DNA of 63,323 nucleotides, counting the filler, from Reticulomyxa filosa (Eukaryota > Protista > Foraminifera): the NCBI GenBank assembly GCA_000512085.1. It is 21 parts of 21 records of this genome, joined end to end, with 100 filler letters (N's around TTAATTAATTAA, not from the genome) between each part and the next. Parts side by side here need not be neighbours in the genome. Positions count along the whole stretch, not along the records: positions 23,032 to 24,569 come from ASPP01033039.1; positions 24,670 to 25,669 come from ASPP01048777.1; positions 25,770 to 28,807 come from ASPP01004511.1; positions 28,908 to 33,124 come from ASPP01020278.1; positions 33,225 to 34,820 come from ASPP01039700.1; positions 34,921 to 43,743 come from ASPP01000767.1; 15 more parts are not named here. One strand, 5' to 3'. How positions within the stretch are numbered: the stretch's first letter is position 1; the number at the start of each line of letters is the position of its first letter. The notes under the pieces were generated by a model. The model saw only the letters and a program-made list of their open reading frames with translations, searched no databases and had not been told where the DNA came from. This document shows positions 23,755-36,898 of the stretch, in pieces. A program made the position numbers and the translations under genes.

Positions 23755-24027
23755 GCTATGATTACACATACCCAGCTCATGATTATGTCGTTGAATTAAC
23801 TAACAATAGAAAAGGTATTTTTTCAAATATACTTACATATTATGTGTATATAATTTACATATACACATGCCTTTTTTTCTACTTTTTAATTTGTTGAATT
23901 GTATATCAATTTTTGACAACTTAAAAAAAAACAAAACAATCTGTTGATTTTTTTGCAGGTGTGATCAAATACGTTGGGAAAGTCCATTTTGGGGGAAGAC
24001 GGCAGGTTCGGCAATTGGACGAATTCA
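23755..24027 (+). pseudogene. Degenerate CAP-Gly domain remnant
   Basis: Splicing 23814 to 23959 gives VVELTNNRKGVIKYVGKVHFG...LDE (CAP-Gly GxVxYVGxxxF...GVELD), disrupted by indels. Confidence 0.6.
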
Positions 24028-24274
24028 AAAGTTTTTTTAATTAATGCTTATATTTTTAATTGTACATATTTACCATTTGAAAAAGGAATAAATACAATAA
24101 TTCTAATTTTTTGATAAACTTTTAACAAGCTTCGGTTTGAAAAATTATTTAATTGGCTTTTTGCTCTTAAGTTATTATCGAATTTTTCATTTTGAGATAT
24201 TGAGCATTGAGTTGGTAAATAATAAAAAAAAATTGATATCTCTTTTCACAACTAAAAATAAGATTGAAAAAAGA

Positions 24275-24569
24275 TCACATTTCTACTGCAAAACGAACAA
24301 ACAATAGTTCTTTTTGTTCATCGATTGAAGTCGATGATTCACACAACGGATGTGTAGAATGTTGCGGCATGATTACTCTGCGTATTCGTTTACTGAAATT
24401 ACACAGACTCTGGTGTAAGGCGAATGAAGTAAAAACCACAATATCACCAGTCCTTGGTATCAATTGTTGCATCTATAATTTGTGATTAGTTTTGTGTTTA
24501 AGGGTTAGATACAAAAAAAAAAGATACGATGACAATAAAAGTAACTTGGTACCATCGAAAAGCAGAGTC
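24275..24569 (-). CDS. PhyH-like Fe(II)/2-oxoglutarate dioxygenase, C-terminal exon(s)
   Basis: PRTGDIVVFTSFALHQSLCNFSKRIRRVIMPQHS fits GDxxxFxxxxxHxSxxNxSxxxR of the phytanoyl-CoA dioxygenase family. Confidence 0.75.
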
Positions 24570-24717
24570 NNNNNNNNNNNNNNNNNNNNNNNNNNNNNNN
24601 NNNNNNNNNNNNNTTAATTAATTAANNNNNNNNNNNNNNNNNNNNNNNNNNNNNNNNNNNNNNNNNNNNGTACATATATGTATATGTATACGTACATATA
24701 TGTACGTATACGTATAT

Positions 24718-24748
<31 letters not shown>

Positions 24749-24779
24749 TTATTTATTTATTTATATAATTAACTAAAAC

Positions 24780-25585
24780 TTTCTCTTGTGACACCAATGG
24801 CGTGCGCAATGTCATGTTGACTTTGGTAGGATGAGAGCCGTATGGCGACGTATTGTCTTGCTCTTCCTCATTGCTTTCGCGTTGCAGATCGGCGTCTTTC
24901 ATCTCCACCACCGTGACGTGTTTTTTAGCTCCGACTTCGGAGCCAAGCGAAGACGACTCCGAGCTCGGATATGGAATGTAGTACAAGTGCAAGAAGCCCG
25001 TGGGCTCCAACGACCAAATCGCTCCGTGTTTTCCAAAATAATATGAGTCGTGATAATTGATCCAAGGCGTGCCAAAGTATTCAAATAAGCAGATACCTGG
25101 TTCGCCATGTTTTTTCTTGTCTTTTTCTTTTTCTTCAATTGACTTGAAGTCTTTGGTTGTGTCATAGAGATACAAAGCCATTTTTTGTTGATCTCTGTCC
25201 ATCAGTTGCAGCCAGCACCTTTTGAAATTGCACATGCACATCACATACGCAAGTGAATATAAAACATATTTCACGTAATGTAAAAAAGATAACACCCAAT
25301 TCGGACATAAAAAAAAAAGAGAGAGCAATAGTCAAATAAAACGAAACTCGTTTGGTCGTTGTGTCCACCCAGCTCGCACAATGTATTCCAACCACGGGTG
25401 GCAATCATAGAGCGAGTGAGTCAGTTGGAAGTATTCCAACGTCACTTCCGAATCCAAAGAGATCTTTCCACTCTTCGGCACTGTAAAAGTCACCATTTTG
25501 ACCGTGTAGGAGCAATTGCTTTCGCCGGCGCGTGGCCATTTGTGTGATTCCACGCCATTCGAGTTTGGAATATTTATCGTTGGCA
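24780..25585 (-). CDS. Dipeptidyl peptidase 8/9-like (S9B), beta-propeller exons, partial
   Basis: SHKWPRAG, PWLEYIVRAGW, CWLQLMDRDQQ, WINYHD and TGFLHLY occur in the order of DPP8/9 (YRYPRTG, EYIARAGW, LDRPQQ, WINVHD, TGFCHLY). One phase-2 intron near 25346-25221. Confidence 0.85.
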
Positions 25586-27634
25586 CTTTGGAATTGTCAC
25601 ATTCCAAATACATTATTGTGTATTTTTTACACCTGTCAATTTGTGATTTGTGATTTACAATTTGTGAATNNNNNNNNNNNNNNNNNNNNNNNNNNNNNNN
25701 NNNNNNNNNNNNNTTAATTAATTAANNNNNNNNNNNNNNNNNNNNNNNNNNNNNNNNNNNNNNNNNNNNTTTTTTTTTTTTGTTGTTGTTGTTCGTTCAT
25801 TTCGTTTCTCTTTGCAACAGTGGCATTGTAGTGTAATGTCCTCATTTTATTGTTGCTAATTTTTATTTTACTCCAATTGACCTAAAAAAAACCTCCAGGT
25901 TTTTGTTTGGGCTACTGAATGTTTCGATATGCACAACGACTCTCATCGCAACAGAGCCACTTCGCAAAAAAAAGACTATCGTCTGTACTGTCCTTGATTT
26001 TGATTTCTTTTAAAAAAAGAACTCGATTTTTGCGTTTTTTATTTTTGTACTTTGATATCCAAAGAAATCTACAACCACTAAAATCGAGGAAAACAAACAA
26101 AAGCCAGATATATGTCATCTTCCAAACAGATTCAAATTTTTTGTAACAAATTAATCCAATTGATTGCTCTAACTTTTTGCTAAAAGAATTTGTGTAAATT
26201 TTCTCCAAAAAATCAATAACTAAAAGTGTTAAGAACTTTTCCAATGCTTTCAATGTTTTTTCCTTTCTTTCGGATTCGATTTTAGTTAATTATATTGACG
26301 ACAACACAATAATTCGGCTATTTCAATCAATGACTTTGCGACCTTGAATCTGTATTTGAAAATTTATTTTTAAACAATAGTGATTTTGCCACTTTTCTTC
26401 CTTTGTCGATAATGACGCAGCAAAATTTTTACCATTTTCTTTTTATCTAATGTTACATTTTAAAAAACAAAAATCGATACATAAATTGATATTGTCTTTG
26501 CAGTTTTTGAGTTGTATAATCAGCAAAACAAATATTTTTCTTTAAAAAAAAGAAAAGGTCCAGAGTTGTCACATTTAATCGCATATTATTATTGTCGTTG
26601 TTGTTAACATTGCTTATTATTGCTAATTTATCTATCTAATGCTAGTTGTTGTTACTCTGGCAGTGTCAATGGATCCTAATGTAATTTGGACTATACTTTT
26701 CTTTAGAACGCTGGTACTGGAACACCTATCATACAAACTGGGATCGAACTTTTCCATAGGATTCCATTTACATGCATCACTCAGAGTCTTTAAACTATTC
26801 TCAATATTAAATAATTTCGTATAAATTTCAAATTCTTTTACTTTTTTTTTATGGAAATTTAATTTTTTATTATATATAATTTATTAAATGTTTTTCGTTC
26901 AAAAATTTTACTTGGTTCCTTCAACAACACAGCAATATTACTTAAAGCATTTTGAGAGATCTTGTTGCAATAACTTGACGACATCTTTTACCTTTTCTCA
27001 CAAGTTCAGCAAAGTATTGTTATATTGTCTGTGACGTCACAGCCAACAGTGACCGTAAACAGTCAGGTTGTATGCGGCTCACGAGATGGGCTTGATGCAT
27101 CATCTTGTCGAATTGATAGTGCAAAGCACAAAGCCAATTTTTGAGAGATTAAAAAAGTTAGATTTATCGGCTAATGTATTGCCGGTGCTATGTTTAGACA
27201 CTCAAAATTAAGAGCATTTGCTGTTGCAATATGCGAATGACATAAGCATTCGTGGGATATGTGGCAATATAATTAAAAAAAAGAAGTATATAACGCAATT
27301 ATCTTTGGCATCTTTGCTCAATATCAACACAACTTTTCGAAATGACTTACTTTGAAACAAACATGTCAATAAAGTGTAAGTATTTTCCTAACAGAACGAA
27401 AAGGGTATTGCAGCAAAGATGTAATACTATGATCAGCAGTACATTGGGAATAGCAGAACGAGAGGACATAGTAGAATAAAGAAAGAGAACAGGAAAGGGA
27501 AGAAGTACAGAACAAGAGAGAGAAAAAAAAAAAAAAAGTGTGTCAGATTTAGCATTGAAAAAATACACACTCATAATTTGAAACAGAAGCACTATATTGT
27601 TAAAAAGAGAAAAAGGGAGGCGAGTAAATAACAA

Positions 27635-28676
27635 CTACACATCCATTTCATGCAAAAGAGTTTTTCTCTCTTCGGTATTCTCTTCACTGTCGGTATTATT
27701 TTCAGGAAGCATGGTTATTTGTTGAGGAGGATGTTGTTCGGAGTGATGAAGGGAAATCATTAATCCCGTTTGAGGATTGACCAAAGATGGATCTTGTTCC
27801 GCAGTCAAGCCGCCTTTATGAGCCAAAGTCATTTCAACACTTTTCCAATGAGCGTCACTGTGTTTATGGTTGCTCTTGTTATATATATCACTATCAACAT
27901 TAACGCAAGGATCGAAGCGTTGCGACCTATGTTCCGATCCTATTTTGCTATCATCCGTTTCGTGCAAAGACCAATTCCATGAAGTTATTTCAGCACTTCC
28001 AGAAACACTCACTTCAATTGACAATGGCAGCGAAGATGGTGCCATAGGGGCGACATTATCATGACCGCTACCAGCAGTGGGCTGATCACCAGTATTGGAA
28101 GCACCCACATTTGGTAATGGATTACCATTGGAGTGATTGACCACTTGTTGTTTCTGGTTATGTCCATGATGGTGATTATGATGACGATGGTGGCGATGAC
28201 GAGACGATTTCTTACCACGTTTTTGATTATGTTTATTACTGAAAATGAATGATTGTGTTTCCACTTTGGTAAATGGATTAAGAGTAGTCGTCGAAGGACC
28301 ACTTTTTTTAGGTAACACGAGTGACAAACTTGGAGTGACTGCAATGACTTCCACTCCAACTCCTACAGACTCTCCCTTTTTTTTTTTACCTTTGCTTGCA
28401 CTATCACCACTCGCATTCTTATCCAAAGTTTTCTTCGCATTTGTATTCAATTGCTTATTGTTCCTTAGTTTGTTTTTATTTCGTTTGCCCTTGTTCTTCT
28501 TTCCTTCTTTTCCATTCCCCTGTTCTTCTTCTTCTTCGTCCTCTGCTGTCGGCATTACCACCGTCACACATTTGGTATTGCCCTTAGTACTGCCACCGCC
28601 TTTCGCTGTGCATTCTCCTCGACTGTCGTTATCCTCACTATGTGACGCACATTTCCTCAAGTTGCGCTTCCTGCGT
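27635..28676 (-). CDS. Hypothetical low-complexity Lys/His/Ser-rich protein, last exon
   Basis: About 345 open codons after an intron-like T/A tract, ending TAG. No domain recognised. Confidence 0.6.
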
Positions 28677-28767
28677 CTGCGCCGAATGCACAGTGCACAC
28701 ACAAACATTACAAACGCGCAAATTACTGTCGCATATACATAGATGTCGCCGATACCATAAATCGACC

Positions 28768-28807
<40 letters not shown>

Positions 28808-29049
28808 NNNNNNNNNNNNNNNNNNNNNNNNNNNNNNNNNNNNNNNNNNNNTTAATTAATTAANNNNNNNNNNNNNNNNNNNNNNNNNNNNNNNNNNNNN
28901 NNNNNNNAAAAAAAGGGGGGGGGGGAAGATATTAAATGCAAAGAAAAAAAACTTAATATATACACATATATATATATATATATATATAATATATGTATAT
29001 ATTTTGAATGAATTATATACACACATACACACACAAACACAAAAAAAAG

Positions 29050-30352
29050 GTGTAAAACACCAAATTATGTGGATTATATCTATTTGAAGAGAGAGCTGCG
29101 GTACTTATTGTCGGGTGGACTTTCGTTGGTGGTAATATACGTCGTGTACACGGCGGTGTTGATAATAGATCCCACGTTCAAATATCTGCCGCGCTTTGGC
29201 TACGTAGCTTTTTTCAGTCCCATGGGTGCTATTGTTTGTTTTGGGACGATAATGATGGGTACATATGGCGTGTTGAAATGGAATGACCTGCTGTCATTTT
29301 TGAAGCAGCTGAACAACGGCTTTCAAACCGATAACGGTAATGATAACAACGACAACGATAACGATAACGATAACGATAACGACAATGACAATGACAATGA
29401 CAATGACAATGACAATGACAACGGCACGAACAATGGCAATGATACATACAAGAGTACCCAAACTACTGGCAATAAAACCACTCAATTGCGACATATCGTG
29501 CAAATGCGGTACGCTTTGCATAGCAGTCGCAAGCAGGCCATCCCTGTCGTCAGCCACTCCTCCAGAAGCACGGAAAACAGTCGTGTGCTGAGTTTCGTTG
29601 ATGCCAACTCCTCGCCGGTCGAAATGATGCAGCTGCACTTGAGACATATCTTGGCCAATAAACTGAGGCTTGAAATTTTCATGGATTTCTTGTGTCGAGA
29701 ATTTTGTCAAGAAAATATGCTCGGTACGTATACATCAACAACAACAACAAAATTTTTTAAAGAGTTTTTTTCGTCATGATTCCCCCCCCCCCCCCCCTTT
29801 TTTTTTAAAAAAAAAAAATTGAAATTGTTATGTACAGCTGTCATTGAATTAATCCAATTCAAAGACTTTGTTCGCGAGTATTTGGCACTGAAAGAAGCCG
29901 AAGAAAACATGATCCATGTGCTGGCAACAAAAACGTTAAATCCGAACAATATTGAGGTGGCATATCTGAAAAGGGATAGGCGTGAATTACGCATAACGCT
30001 TGCAGAAGACATTGTCAAGTCCGAAATCGTGTTTGCAAAGGATCTAACCATTCATCAGAAATTTCAGAAACTTGTTCGAAAGTATATTACCAATGATGCG
30101 CCGCTATGTATTAATATTTCGTTCCAACAACGAATGACAGTCATCCAAAAATATGAAGCCTCGTTGCAATCCAACACCGACAGCGTCTCTGATCCTAATG
30201 CTTCTGACGCTCCTTTTTCAGACTATCTGTCTCTTGAAGAATATCTCGCTGTCTTTGACCCTTCCTTGCGAGAAATCATATGTTTGATCAAAGATAGCTT
30301 TGGGCGCTTCGTCGCCACTGAAATGTATAGAAAGTTGTGCGAAGAGACATAA
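29050..30352 (+). CDS. Transmembrane RGS-domain protein (last two TM helices + RGS; exons 29050-29723, 29838-30352), 5' partial
   Basis: DYIYLKRELR precedes two hydrophobic helices. RGS motifs: IFMDFLCREFCQENML-AVIELIQFK, KYITNDAPLCINIS, VFDPSLREIICLIKDSFGRF. Confidence 0.88.
29351..29422 (+). repeat. Coding hexamer repeat (GAYAAY)x12 encoding DN
   Basis: Read directly; it switches from GATAAC to GACAAT midway. Confidence 0.9.
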
Positions 30353-30792
30353 ACTTAAAATGTTGTTGTTGTTGTTGTTACTATGGTTATTTATTTTTTT
30401 AAATTGGTTCTGTTTGTTCACTATTGTTTTTTTTCATATTTGCTTTTTTTCATATTTGTTTTTTTTCATATTTGTTTTTTTTCATTTCCTTCTCGCTCGT
30501 TCCTCGCCTGGATTGCCATTGACTTCAGAGTTGTAAGGCCAATCAAAAACAAAACTCCCCATTCATAGTTTAATCAAATTGCAATATATTCTTCTTTTTA
30601 TAACGGTATATATTATTATCATTTTCATTGTATTGATCTTGTGTTGTTGTTCGGCAGTAAAATATACTGTCTTTCTTCATGTTTTATACAGTAAAGACTG
30701 TTTTTAGCATTTAATGTTGTCTTCAATGTTTCCAAGTGTAGCCAAATAACGAAAGGGGCTCGGAGAAAAAATGTTTTTTTTTCAAATGCAAC

Positions 30793-31985
30793 ATGTCTCT
30801 TCATTTTCGAGAAATAAAATGGATTTTGGGGTTTGCAATTTTGTGGTTATTGTTTTGTTTGGTGTTATTTTATTTGCCCCATTTTGAAAAAAAAAATACC
30901 CGAGAGCACAACAAAGAAATACCAGCAAACGCTGGGATAACCGTTGTAACTTGCTTTTTCAACTTAAGGCAATCCAAACACTCGTTTTCCGACTATATGG
31001 AATGGATACAAAACCTATTTGTAATTGGTCATCCTATGATTATTTTTGTAGGAGGTGACATGTTGAACCGAGTAAAAACAATGAGATGCGACGCATTAGG
31101 GAACGATTTTGAAACTTGTCAAAGTTTGACACAATTTCATATTTTGAAAGAAAACTTAAGTAGCTTACATATAAACGAAGGTGTTGACATTAACTGGACT
31201 TACCAAGAAATTATCGACCCTGAAAAACAAAAAGGTCATAATAAAGAGTTATATTGGGTATGGTTAAATAAAATGAATTTTTTGCAAATCGCGGCAAATG
31301 AAAACTTTTTTCAAACAAAATATTTTATGTGGGTCGATATTGGCAGTGTGCGCAATAAGACTCTTATTCCATTGTTAAAACAGAATTGGCCACAATTGTA
31401 TGTCCTTGCACTTTCAAAAAAGACTTTTCAATTTAAACAAAATTATTATTTTATTATTAAAAAAAACAAAAAAGACTGCCTCCAAGTTTAATCCCTCCGA
31501 ATTTTTGTTTTTTTAAAAAAAACAAAAATAAAATATATATATATGTACAGAAAAGCTATTGACCATCTGCATGACAATAAAATGTTATGGTTTACACTCA
31601 AAGAGTTTGAAAAAAGCGATGAATATGCATTTGACATTAGAAGAAGCTTATTAAAACAAAAAATGGTGCCACTAAGAATTGCTGGAGGGTTCACTGTTGG
31701 CACCAAATACGCAATAGCTACATTTCAAGATCGATTTTATCGAATATTGACCGAAATGTCTCAAAACGGGTGGTTCGTGGGGGACGATCAACGAGTTTTG
31801 ACAGCAACAGCCTTATATTTTCCCAACACCGTGTGATAATGCTAGCGGAAGATAGCATTCTTTTAAACGTTAAAAATTGGTATTATTTTCAACTTTTTAT
31901 GGCATACTTGCCAAATATTCACCGAACCATTCCTCGTGATTGCCTTATTTTACCTTGGACAAATAACTTTTTGAAACAGCTATAG
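30793..31985 (+). CDS. HtrL/YibB-family glycosyltransferase-like type II membrane protein (one intron, one frameshift near 31830)
   Basis: N-terminal TM anchor, then TVVTCFFNL..SKH, DPEK, ELYWVWLNK..FL, NFFQTKYFMWVDIG, IAGGFTVG, FVGDDQ and WYYFQ. Confidence 0.7.
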
Positions 31986-32550
31986 TATCAACAACTTTAA
32001 AAATTTTTTTTTTTTTGCATTAAAAAAATTGTTAATATTTGTCATCTTACGTATTATCAATAACAATAAAACACATGTCGTCCGGCAAATTTTAACAGAT
32101 AACAAAAGTTGATAAAAAATATATAAGTTACATCAAACTTCTCTTAGTAACAGCTTAAATTTTACCTTACCTTAAAAAAAGAGATTGTTAAACAAAGTTT
32201 TTAAAATTATTTGCTGGTTGTTTATTGTTGTTTTTTTGATTTGATCATAAGCTTTTCAATGCTATTTCGTTTTGTTTAATTTTTTGGAATATTGAAGTTG
32301 GAATTATAAAATTTGATAATATTTTAAATTGAGCAATTTTTTTTGTGCAAAAGAATGCTTTGAATAGATAAACCATTTGCTTGTTTAGATGTCTATTTAC
32401 TTTCAAAAGTGAATTTTTAGTATTTTTAAATATCTTAATCGTATTTTTGATTTTGTATTGAGTGAATAAATGTTTGTCCTTTAAAAAGAACGGCAAAGAA
32501 AATTTGGTGTCCGGTGTTGGTCACCCGCTCTGCCAGGAAATTCAGATAAA

Positions 32551-32957
32551 ATGTTTGGTTGGACATGCTCTTCAGTTGAAAAAGTTGGCAAGGGTGACAT
32601 TTATATTCTGACAATCTTGACATCATTATCCCTTTTAATTGTGTTCCTGACAGTGCTGTATAACTATGGTTTTCTTTGTGGAAATTCTGGAGTGCAGCTA
32701 TGTTGTAAAAGAAGATCCAAGGTTGCTTCGAATATGGATTCGACTTTTCGGCAACTGGCCATCACATTTTTTTTTGTATCTTTGGTGACATGTGTTCTGA
32801 CAATGATAGCATATATTTTAGAAGCAATTGTAGCGACTAAGCAATCCTCGCTTAGTGATTGTCATTCGGTGGAGGTGGCGATGCTCTCATTTTTTTTTCT
32901 GGCCATATTTTTTTGGTTCCTGATGAAGATTTCGTATTACTTTTTATTTTTGCGAAG
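32551..32957 (+). CDS. Orphan multi-pass (7TM-like) protein, first exon with TM1-3
   Basis: Three hydrophobic helices, Cys before TM3 (SDCHS), TM3 ending YYFLFLRR. GTTATT donor at 32958. Confidence 0.65.
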
Positions 32958-33399
32958 GTTATTATGAGACCATACATTTTTACATTATCACGTGAAATCG
33001 CTCAATCTTTGTGGCGCAATATAATATCAAATATTTAAAGAAAACAATTATCAAAAACAAAGCAATAAGCAGTGCGACACTTTTTTTTTTTTTTTTTTTT
33101 TTTTTTGTTTTTTTTTAAAAAAAANNNNNNNNNNNNNNNNNNNNNNNNNNNNNNNNNNNNNNNNNNNNTTAATTAATTAANNNNNNNNNNNNNNNNNNNN
33201 NNNNNNNNNNNNNNNNNNNNNNNNTTTTGATTAAATGTTGTTTTTTCATGGAGAAACACAATCATCTCTATAAGGTGGCATTTTAGGTGTCAACTTTCTT
33301 TTTTATCTTACTGTATTAAAAACAGAAGGAATGAATGAAGAACAAGGAGTGAAAGCAGATGTAGTGAAACAAGTAGTAAACAAATTAAGCAGCACAAGG

Positions 33400-34147
33400 C
33401 AATTTTCGTGGACTGTATATCGAACAAAGTAATAAAAGTGATTGTAAATGAAAAACAGGAAATATTTAAAACGTTTGTAAATAAGATGTTAGAAGATCAT
33501 GATGGTACCTAGAAAGCTGTTAAATCAAAATTAACAATTATATAAAAAAAGTGTGTCTACAGACACCTGATGCAAATGTATAATAGGAAAGCCAGAAATT
33601 TTGATATTGATCAATAAGATTATACTAGATAGAATAAGATCAAAGATTAAAGTTGAGAAACAAAGAGGGTTCAGAAAAGGGGCAGTAAATAAACTGATAA
33701 TGTTTATACTTGATTGTATCATGCGATGCAAATATCAAAAAGCATAAATATATATTGAATGTGGACCTCAGTAAGGCATTCGATTCAGTATGGCACGAGG
33801 GTTTAGTTGTCAAGCTTAATGAAATCGAAATACAGTGGAAAATACTAGTCTTGATAAACAGTATACTTAGATATGATTGTGTAATACTGGGACTAGAAGG
33901 ATATTATGAAAAGCAGATGCCTTTGAAAAGAGGGAACGATCAAGGGTATTCAATAAGCGGACATTTATTTAACGTTTACGTAAATGACATTATCAGAAGG
34001 ATAAACATTTTATCAAGGCACCAAGACATATACGGTGAAAGAACGTCGAAGTGCATAATGCACGAGGATGACTTGATCATCTGGGAAAATACAAAAGAAA
34101 GTGTGACAATATTAGTAGATACAATTAACACGTATTATAAAAAATAG
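33400..34147 (+). mobile_element. Degenerate non-LTR retrotransposon reverse transcriptase
   Basis: QRGFRKG, VDLSKAFDSVWHEGL, RGNDQGYSISGHLFNVYVND, and HEDD at the YADD position; stops and frameshifts upstream. Confidence 0.85.
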
Positions 34148-35471
34148 AAATTACAACAAATGCAAAAAGGAAAAGCAACACAAAAGATGAACAAGCAATA
34201 AAGATAAAAGGTGTATCTAGTGGTGATAATATATACAAAAACGGAGCGATTGAATAAACATCTGTTTAACTAATAAGAAGTGTATATAGCGACGAGTAAC
34301 AAGGAAATAATAGGGTGCACTATGAATAATACTATCAAATGCAAGACTAGATCTGCTTCTTCTGAAGACACAGTACGATATCTTATATAAGGAAAATATG
34401 CAGAAAAAATATTTAAAACTTGAAATGAAGCAGAAACGAATACACATTAAAAGTAGCAAAAATCAATAGATTATAAACTAAGCGATTGGCGTATATGAAA
34501 CACTTAAAGAATATGAACTGGATGAGTTCTGGAGCGAACAAATAGAAATACCAAATACACAATGAAAAAAACGTACAATCTTGACAAAATTGTCTTTAAT
34601 GATAGCTTGAATAACGACTTGTCATTATAAAAAAATTTTCGATAATTCAATGATAATAAAATTTTCAAACATTAAAAAAAAGATAAAACTGAATAGTCCA
34701 AACCAATTCAGTACGTTATAACAAACTTTTTTCTATCAATTGGTGAAATTTTTGATTAAGAATTTTGTTTGCATTGTATTTTATTATTGCGTGTAGTTGT
34801 TAATGTTGGAAAAAATTTGCNNNNNNNNNNNNNNNNNNNNNNNNNNNNNNNNNNNNNNNNNNNNTTAATTAATTAANNNNNNNNNNNNNNNNNNNNNNNN
34901 NNNNNNNNNNNNNNNNNNNNCATTTGGGTGACAACAATCTTGTCATTCAATATCACCGCTTTTTGGATGTTTGTTGTTTGTTTTTTTTATTTAAAAATAA
35001 TAAACAATGGACTTCTCGATGATCGCGCAAGGGACCCCGATTAGTTGAAAAAATAAAGTACTTGTATTTTACTTTTTTAGCAAAAGAGGGATTTCCAATG
35101 CTTTCTTCTTCCACAGTCTGAAGGAGCAACTTTTTTATATTCAATTTTTGTTATATTTATTCATGGTATTTTTTGAGGGGCAAAAGGAATGGGGTACGTA
35201 ACGAGATTATCATAGGGATGCACACAAAAGGATTCGCATATTTTTAATGTACATACGTTACAAAAATAGAATTAGTTAAATTGAGAAATAAAACCACTAT
35301 TTTCGTCAATATTTTTTGAGTGATACGTATATATCTTTTTCAATATTTTGCATGGATTGATGTGCTTTTAATTTTTATTCAAAAAACTTTAAGTGTGAAA
35401 AGCTCACAAAAGAATTGATGTGATGAATTATAAAAAATTTTTATTACAATGTGAACACGCAAAAAAAAATT

Positions 35472-36473
35472 TCAAAAATCTGCTCTACAAACAAACCCAA
35501 AAAAGCGCTTTGCAAAAGCAAAAGATAACAACATTAGTGTAGACTTAACACAAAGATCAATTGCCATCATAGACCAGGTTAGGTCATATAAACTGTATAC
35601 CACAGCGCATACATACACCGAAAAAGAAGACAACTCAGATGTGATAAACAATCGCAATAATTTTTTCAAATAATTTTTCAAACTCTCTTGATACGATCCG
35701 GTTATTTCCTTATGAGTAATCACCTTTTTTAATAAAAAATTTGTGAATATGTATACGTCACTCCCTTTTACTCAATTGATTCAAAAAGGAAAAAAAAACT
35801 TAACTTTGTGCAAATAAAAGATCAAAAATAGAAATAACACACTTTCCCAAATAAAATGGCATATAACGAGAGCAAAGACAAGAGCATCACCGAATGGATC
35901 GTGGTCTTTGCAATAAGTAAGATTCGAATAAATTTGAGAAGCAGCGATTAAGATACCATAGGAAGCAATTGGAACAATCCCAAAAAAATATTGCTGACAT
36001 ATGGGCACTTGAAACATACTTCCTTGCAAGAGTACTACGGCCCGAACTACGTAAAACAAAAAAGATAAACTATCTGTCAATATTACCAACCATGATACAT
36101 ACAATGCTCGATTACATGCTTTTCCTGGAATGCTGGTCAATCCGAATATCAATCGCTCACACATGCTTAGCATACAAAATAAACTGCAACTTGCTATATA
36201 CGTAACAACCACCCATCTTATTCTATTATCAATATTTGTGGTTCTCTTTCTTTCTTCTTGACTTGTTACACTTACACTGATTCCTGATAGTTCTCTTTGC
36301 GAAATGCTTTGAATCTCTTTATTGATTGATGCATTTCTCTCTTTTCTCCACAAGTACCTCCGTGCCGTAGACAACAACCAGACACAGTACATACTGCCAA
36401 GAAAATTTAGGAAGATATTCATCATAAACGTCCATTCCTCCACAAAACCTGCTTTTTTTACATTTAGACGCAT
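35472..36473 (-). CDS. Orphan seven-transmembrane (GPCR-like) protein, complete, 306 aa (exons 36473-35805, 35723-35472)
   Basis: A phase-0 81-nt intron (GTTAAG..AAG) joins the two ORFs. Seven hydrophobic segments by eye, with Cys at the top of TM3 and in the TM4-5 loop. Confidence 0.8.
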
Positions 36474-36898
36474 GTCTTCAAAGCTTAGTTTGGTACTTTT
36501 TTGAAAAAAGAAACTTCTAAACAGTCAACCCAAATTTAAATCAATAGACAACCGTAATGTCTAAAGAACTGCGATTCCGGACTATTGCAAAAATATAAAG
36601 TTTCACTAAGAATGACTAATTTACTTTTTCATAAGCAAAAATCTTAAATAGAAAAAAACACTTTTATTTTTAGAGAGCTGGAATATTTACACTGTATCAA
36701 GTTGGGAACATGTCCTTAAAAATGGACAGATGGTTTACTTGTTAATCTGCTCCTCATTACTTGATTTTTCTATATTTATATTATCAAAATTTTGGAGATA
36801 AAACTAATAATGAGAACTTTGGACAAGTATAAGAGTTTTTTTGAATTATGGAAGGAAAGTAAAAAACACGTTTTTGAAAAAGTACATAAAGTAAAGTA

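Noticed and set aside
27030-27290. Possible snRNA (Sm-like AATTTTTGA at 27136) or LRR relic (LKKLDLSAN)
   Set aside because: No recognisable U1/U2/U4/U5 sequence; the motif is expected by chance in AT-rich DNA, and the LRR match is a single repeat with stops.
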